Below are positions 1 through 13,929 of a DNA stretch of 64,000 nt, piece by piece. The notes under the pieces were generated by a model, which worked only from the letters and a program-made list of their open reading frames with translations, had not been told where the DNA came from and did not search any database. The DNA is from Eledone cirrhosa (lineage: Eukaryota). The stretch is taken from assembly GCA_964016885.1 (NCBI GenBank), contig OZ024748.1, forward strand, positions 16,430,001 to 16,494,000, given 5' to 3'. The position numbers were made by a program, and so were the translations under genes. Within the stretch, counting starts at the first letter, position 1. Each line of letters starts with the position of its first letter.

Positions 1-479
1 GAACAGAAAGAGGTGAGAGAATTCTGGCCAGATATGGCTGGTTTAAATGCTAATGGGTTAAACAGAGTTAACATAAGGTTTTACCCATATGTATTCACAC
101 AATTAGCTAGAAATAACTAAGAAAATTCCCTCATATCGCAATATTAAACATCATTTATTCTAAACTATCCTAAGAATTAATCTCTGGACAGATTTTACAG
201 GCAAAACCAACTGGAAGAAGACCCAGGTGTAGACTGAGCAAAATAGTTGGATAACATCCATGAGCTAAGCTGATCTTATTTGGAGATAAGACAGAACAAT
301 TGGAGATGGTTGCTTCTGACAGGACCCACTGATTGATATTTTATCTATAGATTTTATCCATTCATTGAGACTAATTAATATTTAATTATTTATAAACTGC
401 TATTTGTTGAGCTGTGTCAGATGGTCTTTTGGCTGCTATTTCTAGCAGTATTATAAGTCGGTCATGTAGTTCTAATATT

Positions 480-665
480 GTTTCTACTTTTGGCACAAGG
501 CCAGCAATTATCCAATACATTACTGGTACTTTATTTTATCGACCCCTTAAGGATGAAAGGCAAAGTTAACCTCGACAGGATTTGAACTCAGTCCGTAAAG
601 GGACATAACTCTATGCTGGAAAGCATAGCGTCCGACTCTCTACCGATACTGCCAATCCACTGCCC
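480..665 (-). mobile_element. tRNA-derived SINE family A, copy 1 of a tandem pair
   Basis: On the minus strand: A-box-like TGGCAGTATCGG, B-box GTTCAAATC, central GCCTTTCATCCTT..GGGGTCGATAAAATAAAGTACCAG block (resembles the Meta/MESC-type SINE domain, from memory) and an AT-rich tail. More than 10 related copies or fragments occur in the window. Confidence 0.85.
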
Positions 666-680
666 TGTAGTCCTAATATT

Positions 681-867
681 TGTTTCTACTTTCGGCACAG
701 GGCCAGCAATTACCCAGTGCATTACTGGTACTTTATTTTATCGACCCCTTAAGGATGAAAGGCAAAGTTAACCTCAACAGGATTTGAACTCAGTCCGTAA
801 AGGGACATAACTCTATGCTGGAAAGCATAGCGTCCGACTCTCTACCGATACTGCCAATCCACTGCCC
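681..867 (-). mobile_element. tRNA-derived SINE family A, copy 2 of a tandem pair
   Basis: Near-identical to 480-665. Bounded by TGTAGTYCTAATATT direct repeats at 465-479, 666-680 and 868-882. Confidence 0.85.
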
Positions 868-1178
868 TGTAGTCCTAATATTAAGAGACATTTATTCATG
901 TAACAGTTCAATTACACGTGTTCTTGTACAGCATGCATGACCAGCAACAGGTATGTAGAATTTCATGATAAATATGGTCTCTTTAAATTGAAGAATACTC
1001 CCCTGACGATTTTGTGAATTTTTTCAAATATTCGTCTTTTCCAATAGTTGCTTCTTCCAACGATTTAAACCATGGTAAGGAGATCGGTATATAAGTGAGA
1101 TAGCCTAAACCTTGGGGGGGGGGGGTCTGTTTGTCTAATACTCCCATAAATAGAGTTTTTTCACTCAAATTTAATATG

Positions 1179-1225
<47 letters not shown>

Positions 1226-1340
1226 TATATATATATTTTTATATATATCATCATCATCATCGTTTTAAGTCCATTTTCGACGCTAGCATGGGTTAGATAT
1301 ATATATATATATATATATAAATATATATTAATATAGATAT

Positions 1341-1389
<49 letters not shown>

Positions 1390-1539
1390 CACATATATAT
1401 GTATACACATATATAAATGCATATATCTACATATATATATACACATAAATATGTATACATATATATATATACACACAAATATATATACATACATATATAT
1501 ACACACATATATGTATACACATAAATATATATATACATG

Positions 1540-1608
<69 letters not shown>

Positions 1609-1951
1609 ATATGTACACACACACATACACATATACATACATGTATATATTTCTTTGTTCTTGCCATGTTTACATAGATCTGAAAATTCAGATATTTGTA
1701 TATTTGCATGACTTAATGAATTATCAGAACTAAAATTTCAAAGCAGGCTCTTTACAACTTCAATGTTTACTATGAAATGATAAAATGAAAATAATCACAA
1801 AATGTTTTCAACAATATAATGTGATTTGGCTCCAATACATAGAGCAATGCCATAAATATAATTATAATCACACTAACAAAGGGATCTTCTACATGGCAGC
1901 TAGATGAGCTAGAAAGAGCAACACCTACAATTATCATCAGCCTCGATTTAA

Positions 1952-2452
1952 CCCTTTAGCATTTAAATCGGCTATATCATCATCATTTTACGTCCGCTTT
2001 TCCCTGCTTGCAAGGGTGGGATGCATCTTATTAAGCACGGCATCTTTCCATTCATCACGGTCCTTTGTCATCTCCTCTGTGAGCTCCAGCGATCTGAGGT
2101 CTGCTCTCACCACCTCCGCCCATGATATACGTAGTCTTCCTCCACTGTCTTCTTTCTACTAGGATTTCTTAGCACTTTTTACCCAGTGCTCATCCTCCAT
2201 GCGCATCACATGTCCATACCAATGCAGTCTTCTCTCTCGCACACTACAGTATTCTATCACTACACTATTCTCTCACATCTTTCTGTTCAAACCAGCCATA
2301 ACTGGCTGCTCATACTGATGTTAAGGTATTATTCAGAAAATAAATAATATCAAAATCTCACAGATTCGATATTATGCGAGATAATCATGTGAGGTAAAGT
2401 GTTTACTGTGATAATATAATAGTAAATCTAGAATAATGTAAATGCTAAAGGG
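1952..2452. mobile_element. TTAA-flanked MITE (piggyBac-like ends), interrupted by an RTE fragment
   Basis: TTAA-CCCTTTAGCATTTA (1948-1965) ... TAAATGCTAAAGGG-TTAA (2439-2456): a perfect 14-bp TIR with TTAA on both sides. Related copies at 1-61 (partial), 33958-34253 and 50757-51136. Confidence 0.75.
1976..2282 (-). mobile_element. 5'-truncated RTE-clade LINE 3' end
   Basis: The minus strand encodes RRLHWYGHVMRMEDEHWVKKC-like RTE C-terminal residues, then GCAAGCAGGGAAAAGCGGACGTAAAA-(TGA)n. Confidence 0.75.
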
Positions 2453-2639
2453 TTAACACTCGGTACATTATTTATTGACTCCAGAAATATGAAAGGTATA
2501 GTTAACTTTGGTGGGATTTGACCTCAGACCCAGAATAAGAATGTATATAATATGATGCCCTAATAAATGAGACCTAGAATAAATATGGCATTTAATATGA
2601 TGCAGGAGCTGGTGCAGTAATGTGCCAGCTTCAGCTTTT

Positions 2640-3135
2640 AGTAATCAGAAGATGGGAGGTAGATGTAAAAGCCAAACTTGTTATCTTCAATTCGATATTA
2701 GTGCCAGCCCTTACCTATGGTCATGAATCTTGAGTAATGACCGAAAGAATACAATCACGAATACAAGCTGCCAAAATGGGGTTCCTCTGAAGGGTCTCTG
2801 GAGTAATGTTTCTCAATAAAGTGCTTAGCTCAGAGAGTCACTCCAGGTAAAGCTGGTTCTTCTCTGAATTGAGAGATCACACCTCTGATACTATGTTTTG
2901 TGGTTAGAATGTCTCAGGAAAAAATTGCTGGACGGATTTTATGGGCAAAACGAACCAGCAGGCAACCCAGAGGTAGACCCCAAGCAAGATGGTTGGATAA
3001 CATGCATGAGATTGGCTGGTCTCACAAAGGCATCCAGCCAGATCAGTTGGAGACTGTTGTTTCTGACAAGACTCGCTGGAAGGAGTGTTTGAGGACTCTA
3101 CCCCCATGACCCTCTCAGAAATAAATGGGCAAAGA
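2640..3135 (+). mobile_element. Decayed RTE-like LINE 3' fragment
   Basis: Translates to FNSILVPALTYGHES*VMTERIQSRIQAAKMGFL*RVSG ... RQPRGRPQARWLDNM, a typical RTE C-terminus with stops. Related fragments at ~175-330 and ~48350-48485 (-). Confidence 0.7.
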
Positions 3136-3309
3136 AGAATATGATGCCCAAATAATTCAAACCCAGAATAAATAAGGCATAGACCCTGAAAATATAAGGC
3201 ATTTAATCAGATTCCTTAATGACTCTACCAACTTAGAAGCCAAAGTCAAATACCAGAAATCATTTTGTCAGACATGCGAACAATTCTACAAATATATTTT
3301 CTACCCTAT

Positions 3310-4452
3310 ATATACAAGGCCCTTAACTTGAAGGGCAGCAAGGATTTGGCGATTATATTTTGATTGATATTGGATTTGATTTTATTTAGCCAGTGGGGAG
3401 GATGAAAAGTAAAGTCGACCCAAGCAGTATTTGGAATATAAATGTAAAGAGACCGAGCTGGAACTATTATTGCAACAAAGAATGGCATCCAATGCTCTAC
3501 CGATACTGTCCTAATAAGAATGGTTTCTTATATAGGCACAAGGCCAGCAATTTTGGGGGAGGGGAAAGTCGATTAAATTGACCCCAGTGCATGACTAGTA
3601 CTTTATTTTATCGAACCCGTAAGGATGAAAGGCAAAGTCAACCTCGGTGGGATTTGAACTCAGATCGTAAAGGGACGTAACTATGCTGGAAAGCATGGCA
3701 TCCGACCCTCTACCAATACTGCTAATCCACCGATAATAATAATAATAATAATGGTTTCTGATTTAGCTACAAGGCCAAGAATCTTGGGGATGGGGGAAAA
3801 ATAAATTAAATCAACCCCAGTGCATTACTGGTACTTTATTTCATCGACCACGTAAGGAAGAAAGGCAAAGCTAACCTCGGCAGGTTTTGAACTCAGATCA
3901 TAAAGGGCCATAACTTTATGTCATGTTGACCAAAGGTGCATCAATACTGCCAAGAGGAAGAATCCACTCCACCCCAGTATTTAACTGGTACTTTTATTTA
4001 TAGACTTCGAAAGGATGATAGGCAAAATTGACCTCAGTGGGAATGTAGTGAGCCGGAGGCAGGATTTGAACTCAGATCATAAAGGGCCATAACTTTATGT
4101 CATGTTGACCAAAGGTGCATCAATACTGCCAATCCACTGACTTGTTCATATGTTCCATTTTGGCATAGGTACTATGGCTGGGTGCCATTCCCAATGCCAA
4201 CCACTTTTACACAATTTCATCTAAGAACTTTTGTTAACACCAGTATAATAATTGTTTCCGGCAATTTTGGGGGAGGGGAAAGTCGATTAAATTGACTCGA
4301 GTGCATTACTGGTATTTTATTTTATCACACCACTTAAAGAAAAAAAGCAAAGCTAAATTCAGCAGGATTTGAAATCAGAACATAAAGGGCCGTAACTTTA
4401 TGCCATAAAGCATGTTGTCCAATGCTCTACTGATTCTGGCAATCCACCGCCC
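3310..4452 (-). mobile_element. Cluster of about 5 same-orientation SINE family A copies and fragments
   Basis: AGGATGAAAGGCAAAG.../GGATTTGAACTCAG blocks recur at ~3310-3510, 3512-3732, 3750-3952, 3970-4140 and 4250-4452, some separated by TAA-rich tails. Confidence 0.8.
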
Positions 4453-4816
4453 TAAACCAGATAACAATAATAAAACAATAAATACAAAAATATTCTAATT
4501 GCTTTTGTTTTGTTTTGGGGTTTTCTTTTTTGGTGTAGGGTTTTTTTTTTCCACTTTCAGCTCAACAGATGTTAGTGCTTTGATAGAGAATTTCTGACAA
4601 TCAAACAGGCTTATTCAAGAATTTAAACATACGCAACATTAAACACGATTATTGGACAAGATCAAAAACAAAATGGCTGAGCACTTTCCGTTTGTTGGTT
4701 TTTGAACGGAAAGATAAACTAATTTCACATTGTGATTGCTGTAAATATCAATTCATTGGTCATTGATCTAAACAAAGATGTACTAACTGTACTGTATATA
4801 CAAATATACACCCAAC

Positions 4817-4855
<39 letters not shown>

Positions 4856-5007
4856 GCATATATATCATAAGCATGTATATACATGTACACACACATATAT
4901 ATATATGCATATATATATATATACATATGTGAAAGTATTTATGTATACACATGTATTTCTCTCTCTCTCCCTTTCTGTGTGTGTGTGTATATATATATAT
5001 ATAAAGG

Positions 5008-5065
<58 letters not shown>

Positions 5066-5199
5066 GGTTTCAGAATAGTGGATGAATGGATGCACTTCAG
5101 AGAACTTTGGTAATAATTTAGAAAAGAAATCATTTTGGAATTATTTTCTGTTTAGTTAGATTATTCATAACTGGTATCTTTCTCTCCAAGATTCAGTTA

Positions 5200-5232
<33 letters not shown>

Positions 5233-5282
5233 TATAAATAACAATCAAAGAGTGTTTAAATATTAATATTAATATTACCCAC

Positions 5283-5318
<36 letters not shown>

Positions 5319-5425
5319 TGAGTGTGTGTGTGCAGAAATGCAAAAAGTAAATGGAAAGAGCTTAGCAAATAATACAGTTCAATGAAGGAATATGTTGGTT
5401 CAATGTTTCATATATTAGGAAAAGA

Positions 5426-5456
5426 GACTATGTTTCAGACACTAGCCCTTCATCAG
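5426..5456 (-). ncRNA. Hammerhead-ribozyme-like motif in a Penelope pseudo-LTR remnant
   Basis: The minus strand reads CTGATGA-A-GGGC-TAGT-GTCT-GAAA-CATA-GTC (core, stem II, GAAA, short stem III, GUC site). Stem I is not evident. Related to 23286 and 36197. Confidence 0.45.
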
Positions 5457-5859
5457 AAGATAGAATGAGAAGTAATAAATAAAATAGAAAGATAATAAAT
5501 GAGAAGACGAAGGAACGTAAACAAATTTTTTTTTTCAGAAAAGACGTGTGTATTCATTCAAACATTTATATATATATATATATATTAAAATAACAGATTA
5601 AAGTTTAAGCAAAGAATCGTTGCTTTCACCCTTGCTGTTATTTTAATAAATATTTGCTCTACGGTTCTTATATATTTGATATATATTTATCCTTATCGAG
5701 CCCTCTTTGGATTTTAGTCTTCAAATTTATTATTATTACTATATATATATATATATATATATATCCTTCCCAACAAGACCCACGATACAAGTACAATTAT
5801 ACAGCCACAAAAACAACATTTATCACAACAAAACAATGCCCACTATAAGCAAAACCATG

Positions 5860-6178
5860 CCGCAAATATTTGTCTAATCAACAAACCCACCACCAACGTG
5901 TGTCTGACATCATGTGCAAGCGTCGACTTAGCTGGTTGGAACACGTCACACATCTCCCAAGGGAGAGACATGCTAATCAGATCCTGTATTGGTACCCTCA
6001 GGGAAAGAGGTGAAGAGAATATCCCAAGATGAGCTGGTGGCAGACAATTGACAGAGACCTGAAACTCATCAACAAAAGTTGGAACTATATATTGATAGAT
6101 ACAACTTACCTTGGTCATTGGAGGCCTTTGGCTCTTGTCATGCATTTCACAACTTAGTGACAGCTAAGCCTAAGTCAC
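5860..6178 (+). mobile_element. Decayed non-LTR (RTE-like) 3' end with locally re-duplicated tail
   Basis: Frameshifted RRLSWLEHV...QILYWYPQGKR...PKMSWWQTIDRDLK-like residues. The GACCTGAAACYCATCAACAAAA block repeats at ~6056, ~6243 and ~6418. Confidence 0.55.
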
Positions 6179-6194
6179 ATACACACATATATAC

Positions 6195-6228
<34 letters not shown>

Positions 6229-6804
6229 TACATACATACAGTGACCTGAAACCCATCAACAAAAGTTGGAATTATGTATTGATAGATAAAACTGACCATG
6301 GTCATTGGAGGACTGAGGCTTAGAAGCCCCTATGTCTTGAAATAGACGAGGGAGCCAAAGTCACACACACACACATATATTCACACACACATACACAGTC
6401 ACACACACATATATACTGACCTGAAACCCATCAACAAAAATTGGAGCAATGTATTGATAGATGCAACTGACTGTGGTCATTAGAGCACATTGGTTGCCTC
6501 ACACAACTCAATGCGGGAGCTTATAAGTCTAAGTAAAGTAATCAACAAAACCTGAAATTCTTAACCAAGAAATATATCTGATCCAAATGTAAATGACTAA
6601 AAGAAAGATCACCAATGATCACTGCAATATGACGAAACACAACATTCAACACAAGAAGTTTAAATCAGACTTAATTAGAACTGGAAACTAAATTGTACGA
6701 ACGAATAGAACTAAATTAATAATATAAATATAACTGTACTTATCTAATATCCAACCACTATACTGCCTCAAACTAAAAGACATGCCTGTATCACCCAATG
6801 TCTC

Positions 6805-7090
6805 TCTAAAGTCTGTCTCAAGCCTGGAGGTTCTTCAGGCTGGTGCTTATACTAGTTTCTATATCATTAAGCAATTAAAAGTACAAGACTCGCCCCTGAA
6901 TAAGATGCCAGTCCATCACAGGTTAAACTCCTAGCTCTTGCTAGTACTCGTTTTCAGCTGAATACACTGGAACAATGTGAAATGAATTGTTATGCTCAAG
7001 AACACAACATGCAACCCAGTCCAGGAATCGAACCCATGACATTGTAATTGTAAGTCCAACACCCTTACCAGTAGGTAACACACTTCCATA
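6805..7090 (-). mobile_element. tRNA-headed SINE family C (CORE-like plus V-like domains)
   Basis: Minus strand: GGTTCGATTCC B-box, TGTGTTCTTGAGCA... CORE-like block and CCTGTGATGGACTGGC V-like block. Related copies at 49281-49730 and 57903-58300 (+). Confidence 0.65.
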
Positions 7091-8007
7091 GGAGGAGTGA
7101 AAATAGGGGTAGAGAACTGACACGGTTTTCACTATGTCACTTATTTCAAAAATCGACTTCCCTAACACCTGAACATGCATTAATCTGCTAATAACCATAA
7201 CAACTACAAATACATGCTTAGACACCCTAGTAGTTTGAGAAAAAAGATCGAAAAATATGTACCAGACTTGAAAGAATCAATACTGTGGTTCGATATGATT
7301 GATTAAATACCATGAACCCTTTTAATACCGTATTTCTAATGAAAAACATTGCCTATAACTTTCAAATCATTTTTAAAATAATCAATAATTTGGAGGAATT
7401 CAGTGATATAATTAGCTTTCAGATTATTAAGTTTGTGTTTAGAACATAACTTAATAAAAGCTCTAATATAAAATTATTATAGAAAATTTTTTAGCCAAAT
7501 ATAAACACTTTATAACAAACAGCTTTGTAGTGTAGAATCATGGGGGTGTTCAGGTGGTTTGGCATGAAAAGAGTCAAGGCAGTGTCTGAGACTGAAAGCA
7601 AGTAGAAAAAATAAAAGAACAACAATAATGCATTTATTATTTAATAAATAAACATAATGGCAGTTGTGTGGCAGCAATCGGTGGAGCGTCAGAAAAAAAA
7701 TGTGCTGTGGTGTTTAGTTACAACTTTTTACATTCTGATTTCAAATCCTGTCAACGGCAACTTTGCATTTCATCTTTCTGGTTTAGATAATATAAAGTAC
7801 CAGTTAAATACTGGGGTTGATATAATCAACTTTCTCCTCCTCTGCCTCTTCTTCCCAAATTGCTGGCTTGGTGCCAATGTTAGGAAGAATTATTTAGTCA
7901 ACTGCTCAATCATTTTTGCGGACATGTCTCCTATGAATGCACTCCATTTCAGTATCTTATAGTTCAGACAATATAGATATGGTTCAGTAAGTATCCGACA
8001 ACACAAG

Positions 8008-8065
8008 GTGAATAAGTGTATATACATATACATATATATACATACATATATATATATATATATAC

Positions 8066-8120
<55 letters not shown>

Positions 8121-8259
8121 CATATACATATATATATATACATATATATATACATATACATATATATATATATACATATATACATATATATATATACATA
8201 TATATACATATATACACATATACATATATATATATACACATATACACATATATATATAC

Positions 8260-8306
<47 letters not shown>

Positions 8307-8319
8307 CATACATATATAC

Positions 8320-8350
<31 letters not shown>

Positions 8351-8465
8351 CACATATATACATATACACATATATACATATATATATATATACATATATA
8401 CATATATATATATATACATATATACATATACATATATATACATATATATATATATACATATATAC

Positions 8466-8496
<31 letters not shown>

Positions 8497-8513
8497 CATA
8501 TATACATATATAC

Positions 8514-8550
<37 letters not shown>
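8008..8550. repeat. Long (TA)n/(TACA)n microsatellite tract
   Basis: Directly visible. Similar tracts at 1180-1650, 10830-11250, 24480-25005, 28205-28540, 32950-33370, 35730-36035, 37875-38660, 43180-43450 and 53750-54570. These are the source of the YI/CV-repeat ORFs. Confidence 0.95.
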
Positions 8551-8740
8551 GGAAAAAGTATGACCCCGACTGCAGAGCTCAAGCCGTTTCAGCGGCTATT
8601 TCTGGACTGAAATACCCGTTGAAATGGCTTGAGCTCTGCCGTCGGGGTCATACTTTTTCCTATTTCCCACTCTACTACCCTAAGTATTGAGTACTCTGGT
8701 GCGTTATGGTGCATCTGGTTCTTTACCACAATTCCTTTGT
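8548..8740 (+). mobile_element. Hairpin-plus-tail element in (TA)n, probably Penelope-derived
   Basis: 55-bp inverted arms (8548-8602 / 8609-8663, 4 differences), a 6-nt loop, and a ~77-bp tail containing GTATTGAGTAC. (TA)n on both sides. Second copy at 36522-36718 (-). Confidence 0.7.
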
Positions 8741-8865
8741 TATATATATATATGTGTGCATGTGTGTGTGTATGTATGTATATATATATATATATGTATG
8801 TATATATATATATATGTGTGTATATATATATATGTGTATGTATATAAATATATATATATGTGTAT

Positions 8866-8896
<31 letters not shown>

Positions 8897-9750
8897 CACA
8901 TAGAGAGAGAGGGTGGGAGAAAGAGATATGTGAAAAAAAAACAATAACACATTGCTAGTACGTTTTACAAATTGAAAGACTAGAATTTATTAATTTCTGT
9001 CTCAATCAATCTTACACACAAAAGAGAGACAAACAAACAATAAATTATTATTGTAATGAAATATTTCAATAGAGACATATATTTACTATAACTATGTGAA
9101 ACAAACAGACCCTCACCTCAAAAAACTGTGCCATGCCTCAATTATGTCATTTTACAACAGCCACCTTGTCTATATTTGTAGATTCATTTCAGTGTTGTTT
9201 GTTTTGTTCTGCAAAAATGTTTTTGCCTGATTTTTTGGGCTGTTGTTTTTTTGTGTTTTGTTTTTTGTCATTAAAAGAAAAATTAAATAAAATGAAATAA
9301 AATGAAATAAAATTTAATAAAATAAAATAAATATAGACTTTACAGCTAATTTTTTCATATTAAAAATATTCAGAGAATATATTGAAAATAAATTTGCATC
9401 AATAAGTATTAGTTCATTTGTTAGGTATATTTGTTTTCTAAAAAAAAAAATTTAATATAAAATATATATTTTTAAAATATACAAACATATATTAAAAAAT
9501 ATATAAAAATATTAAAATATATATTTTAAAATATATATAAAGAATATACAAATATATATATAAAAATATATAAATATATATTTTAAAATATATAAAAATT
9601 TATAATATATATATAAAAATATACAAATATATATAAAAAAATATGTAAAAATATACAAATATATATAAAAAAATATGTAAAAATATACAAATATATATAA
9701 AAAAATGTAAAAATATACAAATATATATTTAAAAATATATAAATATATAC

Positions 9751-9826
<76 letters not shown>

Positions 9827-10335
9827 AAAGAAGCAAAATTAAAGACTGAATGAAATCAAAATAAATGAGTTAAAAAGAATAATGGAATAAATAGGAAAAT
9901 AGAAAAACAAAACGAATAGAATATAATTGGTATCCTTTCATTTCTCGAACTAATAGTAATGCTCGGTGTATGTGTGAATGAGTGAAAACATCACTAAAGC
10001 TAGGGAAATATGCTTTCAGATGCATTAGTCAATTATCAGTTGTAACATCAAACAAAAATATTCTAATTCGACTGTGCTTTCATTATTTCTGCTTTATCCA
10101 CAAACTTTAATTTCTCTGATGAGCCGTTTAATGGGTTCGATATGTGTTTGAACCTCTATTTTTCACTCAGATTACCCATAAAACCACGTTATTGCTAATG
10201 TATGCAAATTAGACATTTCTTCTCTATCCCCCATTTTCTGCTATCCTTTACTTTCTTTTCCCCTTTTCTCTACTTTCCTTTTAGCCCATGGGAGAGATTT
10301 TCACACATTTTGGTTTTTTGTAGTTTTGTTACTTC

Positions 10336-10396
<61 letters not shown>

Positions 10397-10445
10397 CGCA
10401 CAAACACACACATGTATATGTGCGAGTGAAAAAAATATATATGTA

Positions 10446-10484
<39 letters not shown>

Positions 10485-10983
10485 GTGTGTGTGTTAACCA
10501 CTTCAAATAATTTTGCTGCTCCAGAAGGGAATTTATTACAGTACATCCATCTCTGAATTCACTGGGTTTAATATTTTTTATATCTCCTTATCTCAATACT
10601 CCTTTTCACAGCCTGCAGGAGCTGAGTGATGCGATAGAAAATAAATAGAACAAATTATATGCATTATAAATAGATTATACATGCATACTGCATACAAATA
10701 TACATATATATAAATATACATATGTATGTATATACATGTATATATATTTATGTATATATATATATATATAAATAGAAAAAATGAAATGTCATTTCTCACT
10801 CTTAGTACAGCTGATACTTAAATATAAGCATGTATACGTACATATATATATGTATACAGACGTACAGTAGTATGTATACACATACATACATATATATATA
10901 TATGGTAAACTCATACGTATATATATGTATGTGTGCATGTATGTATTTGTACACAGACTACTGTACTTTTGTATACATATATG

Positions 10984-11019
<36 letters not shown>

Positions 11020-11675
11020 TTTATGTATATATATATATATATATATGTATATATTTATATATATATATATATATATACACATATATGTGTATGGATATAT
11101 GTATATATCTATGTATATATGTATATATAAACATATATATAAACATATATATATGTATGTTATATATATACATATATGTTTGTGTTTTTGCATCCCTGTT
11201 TGTGCATTTGTCTTGTCATTCCTTAAACTATATATATATGTATATATATATGTTTGTATGTATTTATGTATTTCCGGTGGTGGGGTGTGTGGGTTGGAGG
11301 GTTCCATGTTTATCTGTCAGCAAATCAGCAACAACAGAAAAGGCAAAACACAAAAAGCACAACACAACACAACAGAAAAAAAATGTCAACATTCCTCTTG
11401 TAAGGTTTAAATTCATTATAAACTGAACAAGATCCATAAAATGTAAATTGATAAACTATAAAGCTTGAGGGGGATGTATAAATAACCATATATTACGTTT
11501 AAATGAGGATGAAAGATAATAGAAAGCTTGCCATTTCCCTTTTAAAACAAACGAAGGCCTATAAAAAAGGAAGGACAAACGGAAAGAGGGGAAATAAATG
11601 GGTTATATAGTAAGGATTAATTTCACTATAATTATATTTTGAAAATCTCTATCAAACTGAAAGCGAGGCATTCAC

Positions 11676-11737
<62 letters not shown>

Positions 11738-13328
11738 TGTGTCATCATCTTCATCAACGTTTTATGTCTATTTGTAGATGTACGGGTATGTGTATATATT
11801 TATATATATATATTTGTTGTACCATTCATCTGGAGGTGCTTTACTAAATAGTTCTTGCAACATGACAGTGTACATGTGTGAATATGAGTGTGTGTGCTAG
11901 TGTGTGTATGAGTACATGTAAATACACACACACACACGTGTGCGCGTGTGTGTAATATGATTGATGTTATTCCCATTGGTAGACTGCTCAGATAGAAAAC
12001 ATAATTTAATTTTATTTCACTATTCCAGGTTTTGATTTCAATCCTTACTTTAATTTTTCACTCTTTTTCTTGTCCAGGCCAACTGGAGCATTGCCATTAT
12101 TGCTACGCTTTCTGAGAATCGAACTCACAATGTTCCAATTGCAAACCCAATGTTCTAACCACTAAGCCATCCTGGGGGATAATGTGCTGTGCTGTAAAAC
12201 CTTGAGGAGTTGGGGGGGGTTCATTGCTTTGTTAACTTTTAACATCCTGTAATGATTTAGAAAATGTTTAAAAATTGGTTGTTGTTTAATTCAAATTTCT
12301 AATGATATCGTTACCAGTGGACAAAGTGCTGTAAAATTTACACTACTAGTATCTTTTTCAACACACTGACGCATGTGTCTATATGTGTGTGCTTGTGTGT
12401 AAGTGCATATGTATACATTTATATGTATGAGTATATAAATAAAAACGTACAAACACAGACGCACTTACAAAAATACACACTCACAGACATACATTCACAC
12501 AAACACACATATACACTCACACACAGCGTAGCAAATGAAACGCCAGCCGTTGTTTTGCTATAGATTTTTTACCATCCCCTGCCCCCCTTTTACACTTACA
12601 TATATTCACACAAACACACACACATAGTGTAACGAAAGAACGGACAGCCATCTCTCAAATTTATATATAGATATTGTTACCAGTGGACAAATTGCTGTAA
12701 AAATTTACAGTATTAGAATAAAGGTTTCAATTTTGAATGTGGTCCAGTCTTAGAGCTGTTTTGTATATCTTAAGAATGCATTGCTAGTTCAGTTTCATGT
12801 GGTACAAGATGTTAGGAGTTAAACCACTATTCAGATGATCAAACGATGGTAGAGATGGTGATAGCCGAGTAAAGAAAGCTTTCTAAGATAAAATATACAT
12901 ACAAACAAAGAATGCTTGGGGTGTTGGTATGTTTGTTAATGATACAGTTTGGTGAGGAAAATGTCAATGCACACAATTTAAACTGGTAAATTATTTGATC
13001 TTTCTGTCAGCAGTATTGATCTGGAATGTTAAGCTATGAAATCACTGACTTCAAAGTGAGATGAATGCAAAATTTAGAATTAATTGAGTAAGAGCTAGTG
13101 TTTAGAATATTCCAGAAAGTGGTAAACAGAGCATGCTCATTTACAGGTATGAGGAAATGGATCAGTTATAGTAGATTAAATGCAACATTTTGTTGCTGAG
13201 ATCCATCTAATAAAGGTGTGAGATCAGTTGAGTTGATAATGCACAGATGAAATCTAGGATAATGTAGGATGAGAGGGAAGCACAGGTGTAACATGGTGTA
13301 GGATGAGGGGGTGGGTAGAGGTGATAGT

Positions 13329-13630
13329 ACACAGGTGAAATGTGGTGTAGGTTGAGAGGAGAGCACAGGTGAAATGTGGTGTAGGGTGAGAGGAGAGCAC
13401 AGGTGAAATGTGGTGTAGGGTGAGAGGAGAGCACAGGCGAAATGTGGTGTAGGGTGAGAGGAGAGCACAGGCGAAATGTGGTGTAGGGTGAGAGGAGAGC
13501 ACAGGCGAAATGTGGTGTAGGGTGAGAGGAGAGCACAGGTGAAATGTGGTGTAGGGTGAGAGGAGAGCACAGGTGAAATGTGGTGTAGGGTGAGAGGAGA
13601 GCACAGGTGAAATGTGGTGTAGGGTGAGAA
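13329..13630. repeat. 34-bp minisatellite (about 8-9 copies)
   Basis: Unit GCACAGGTGAAATGTGGTGTAGGGTGAGAGGAGA, with degenerate copies on both flanks (13240-13930). Confidence 0.95.
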
Positions 13631-13929
13631 GAGGGTAGAGGTGATAGCAAGCAGGTGAAACTTGGTGTAGGGTGAGAAGAGAGAACAGGTGAAATTTGGT
13701 GTAGAGTGAGAGGGGGGCAACGGTGATAGTTCACAGGTGAAAGAGGGTTTGGGGTGAGAGGGTTGAGGGAGGGTGAGGTGAAACATGGTGTAGGATGAGA
13801 GGGGGCAACAGGTGAAATATGGTGTTGGGTGAGTAAAAAGGGCTGAGTTGAAACATGGTGTAGGATATGAGATGGGCAGTGTTGAATTAACAGAAGTGCA
13901 GCTGTTCTTATAAAAGTAGAGTTGCAATA

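Noticed and set aside
983-1168. 61-aa ORF; another frame has NYWKRRIFE, faintly like a GIY-YIG C-terminus
   Set aside because: Too short and degenerate to assign.
7890-8690. Long YI/HT/CV-repeat ORFs here and throughout the window
   Set aside because: They are translations of stop-free (TA)n/(CA)n microsatellites, open in several frames on both strands.
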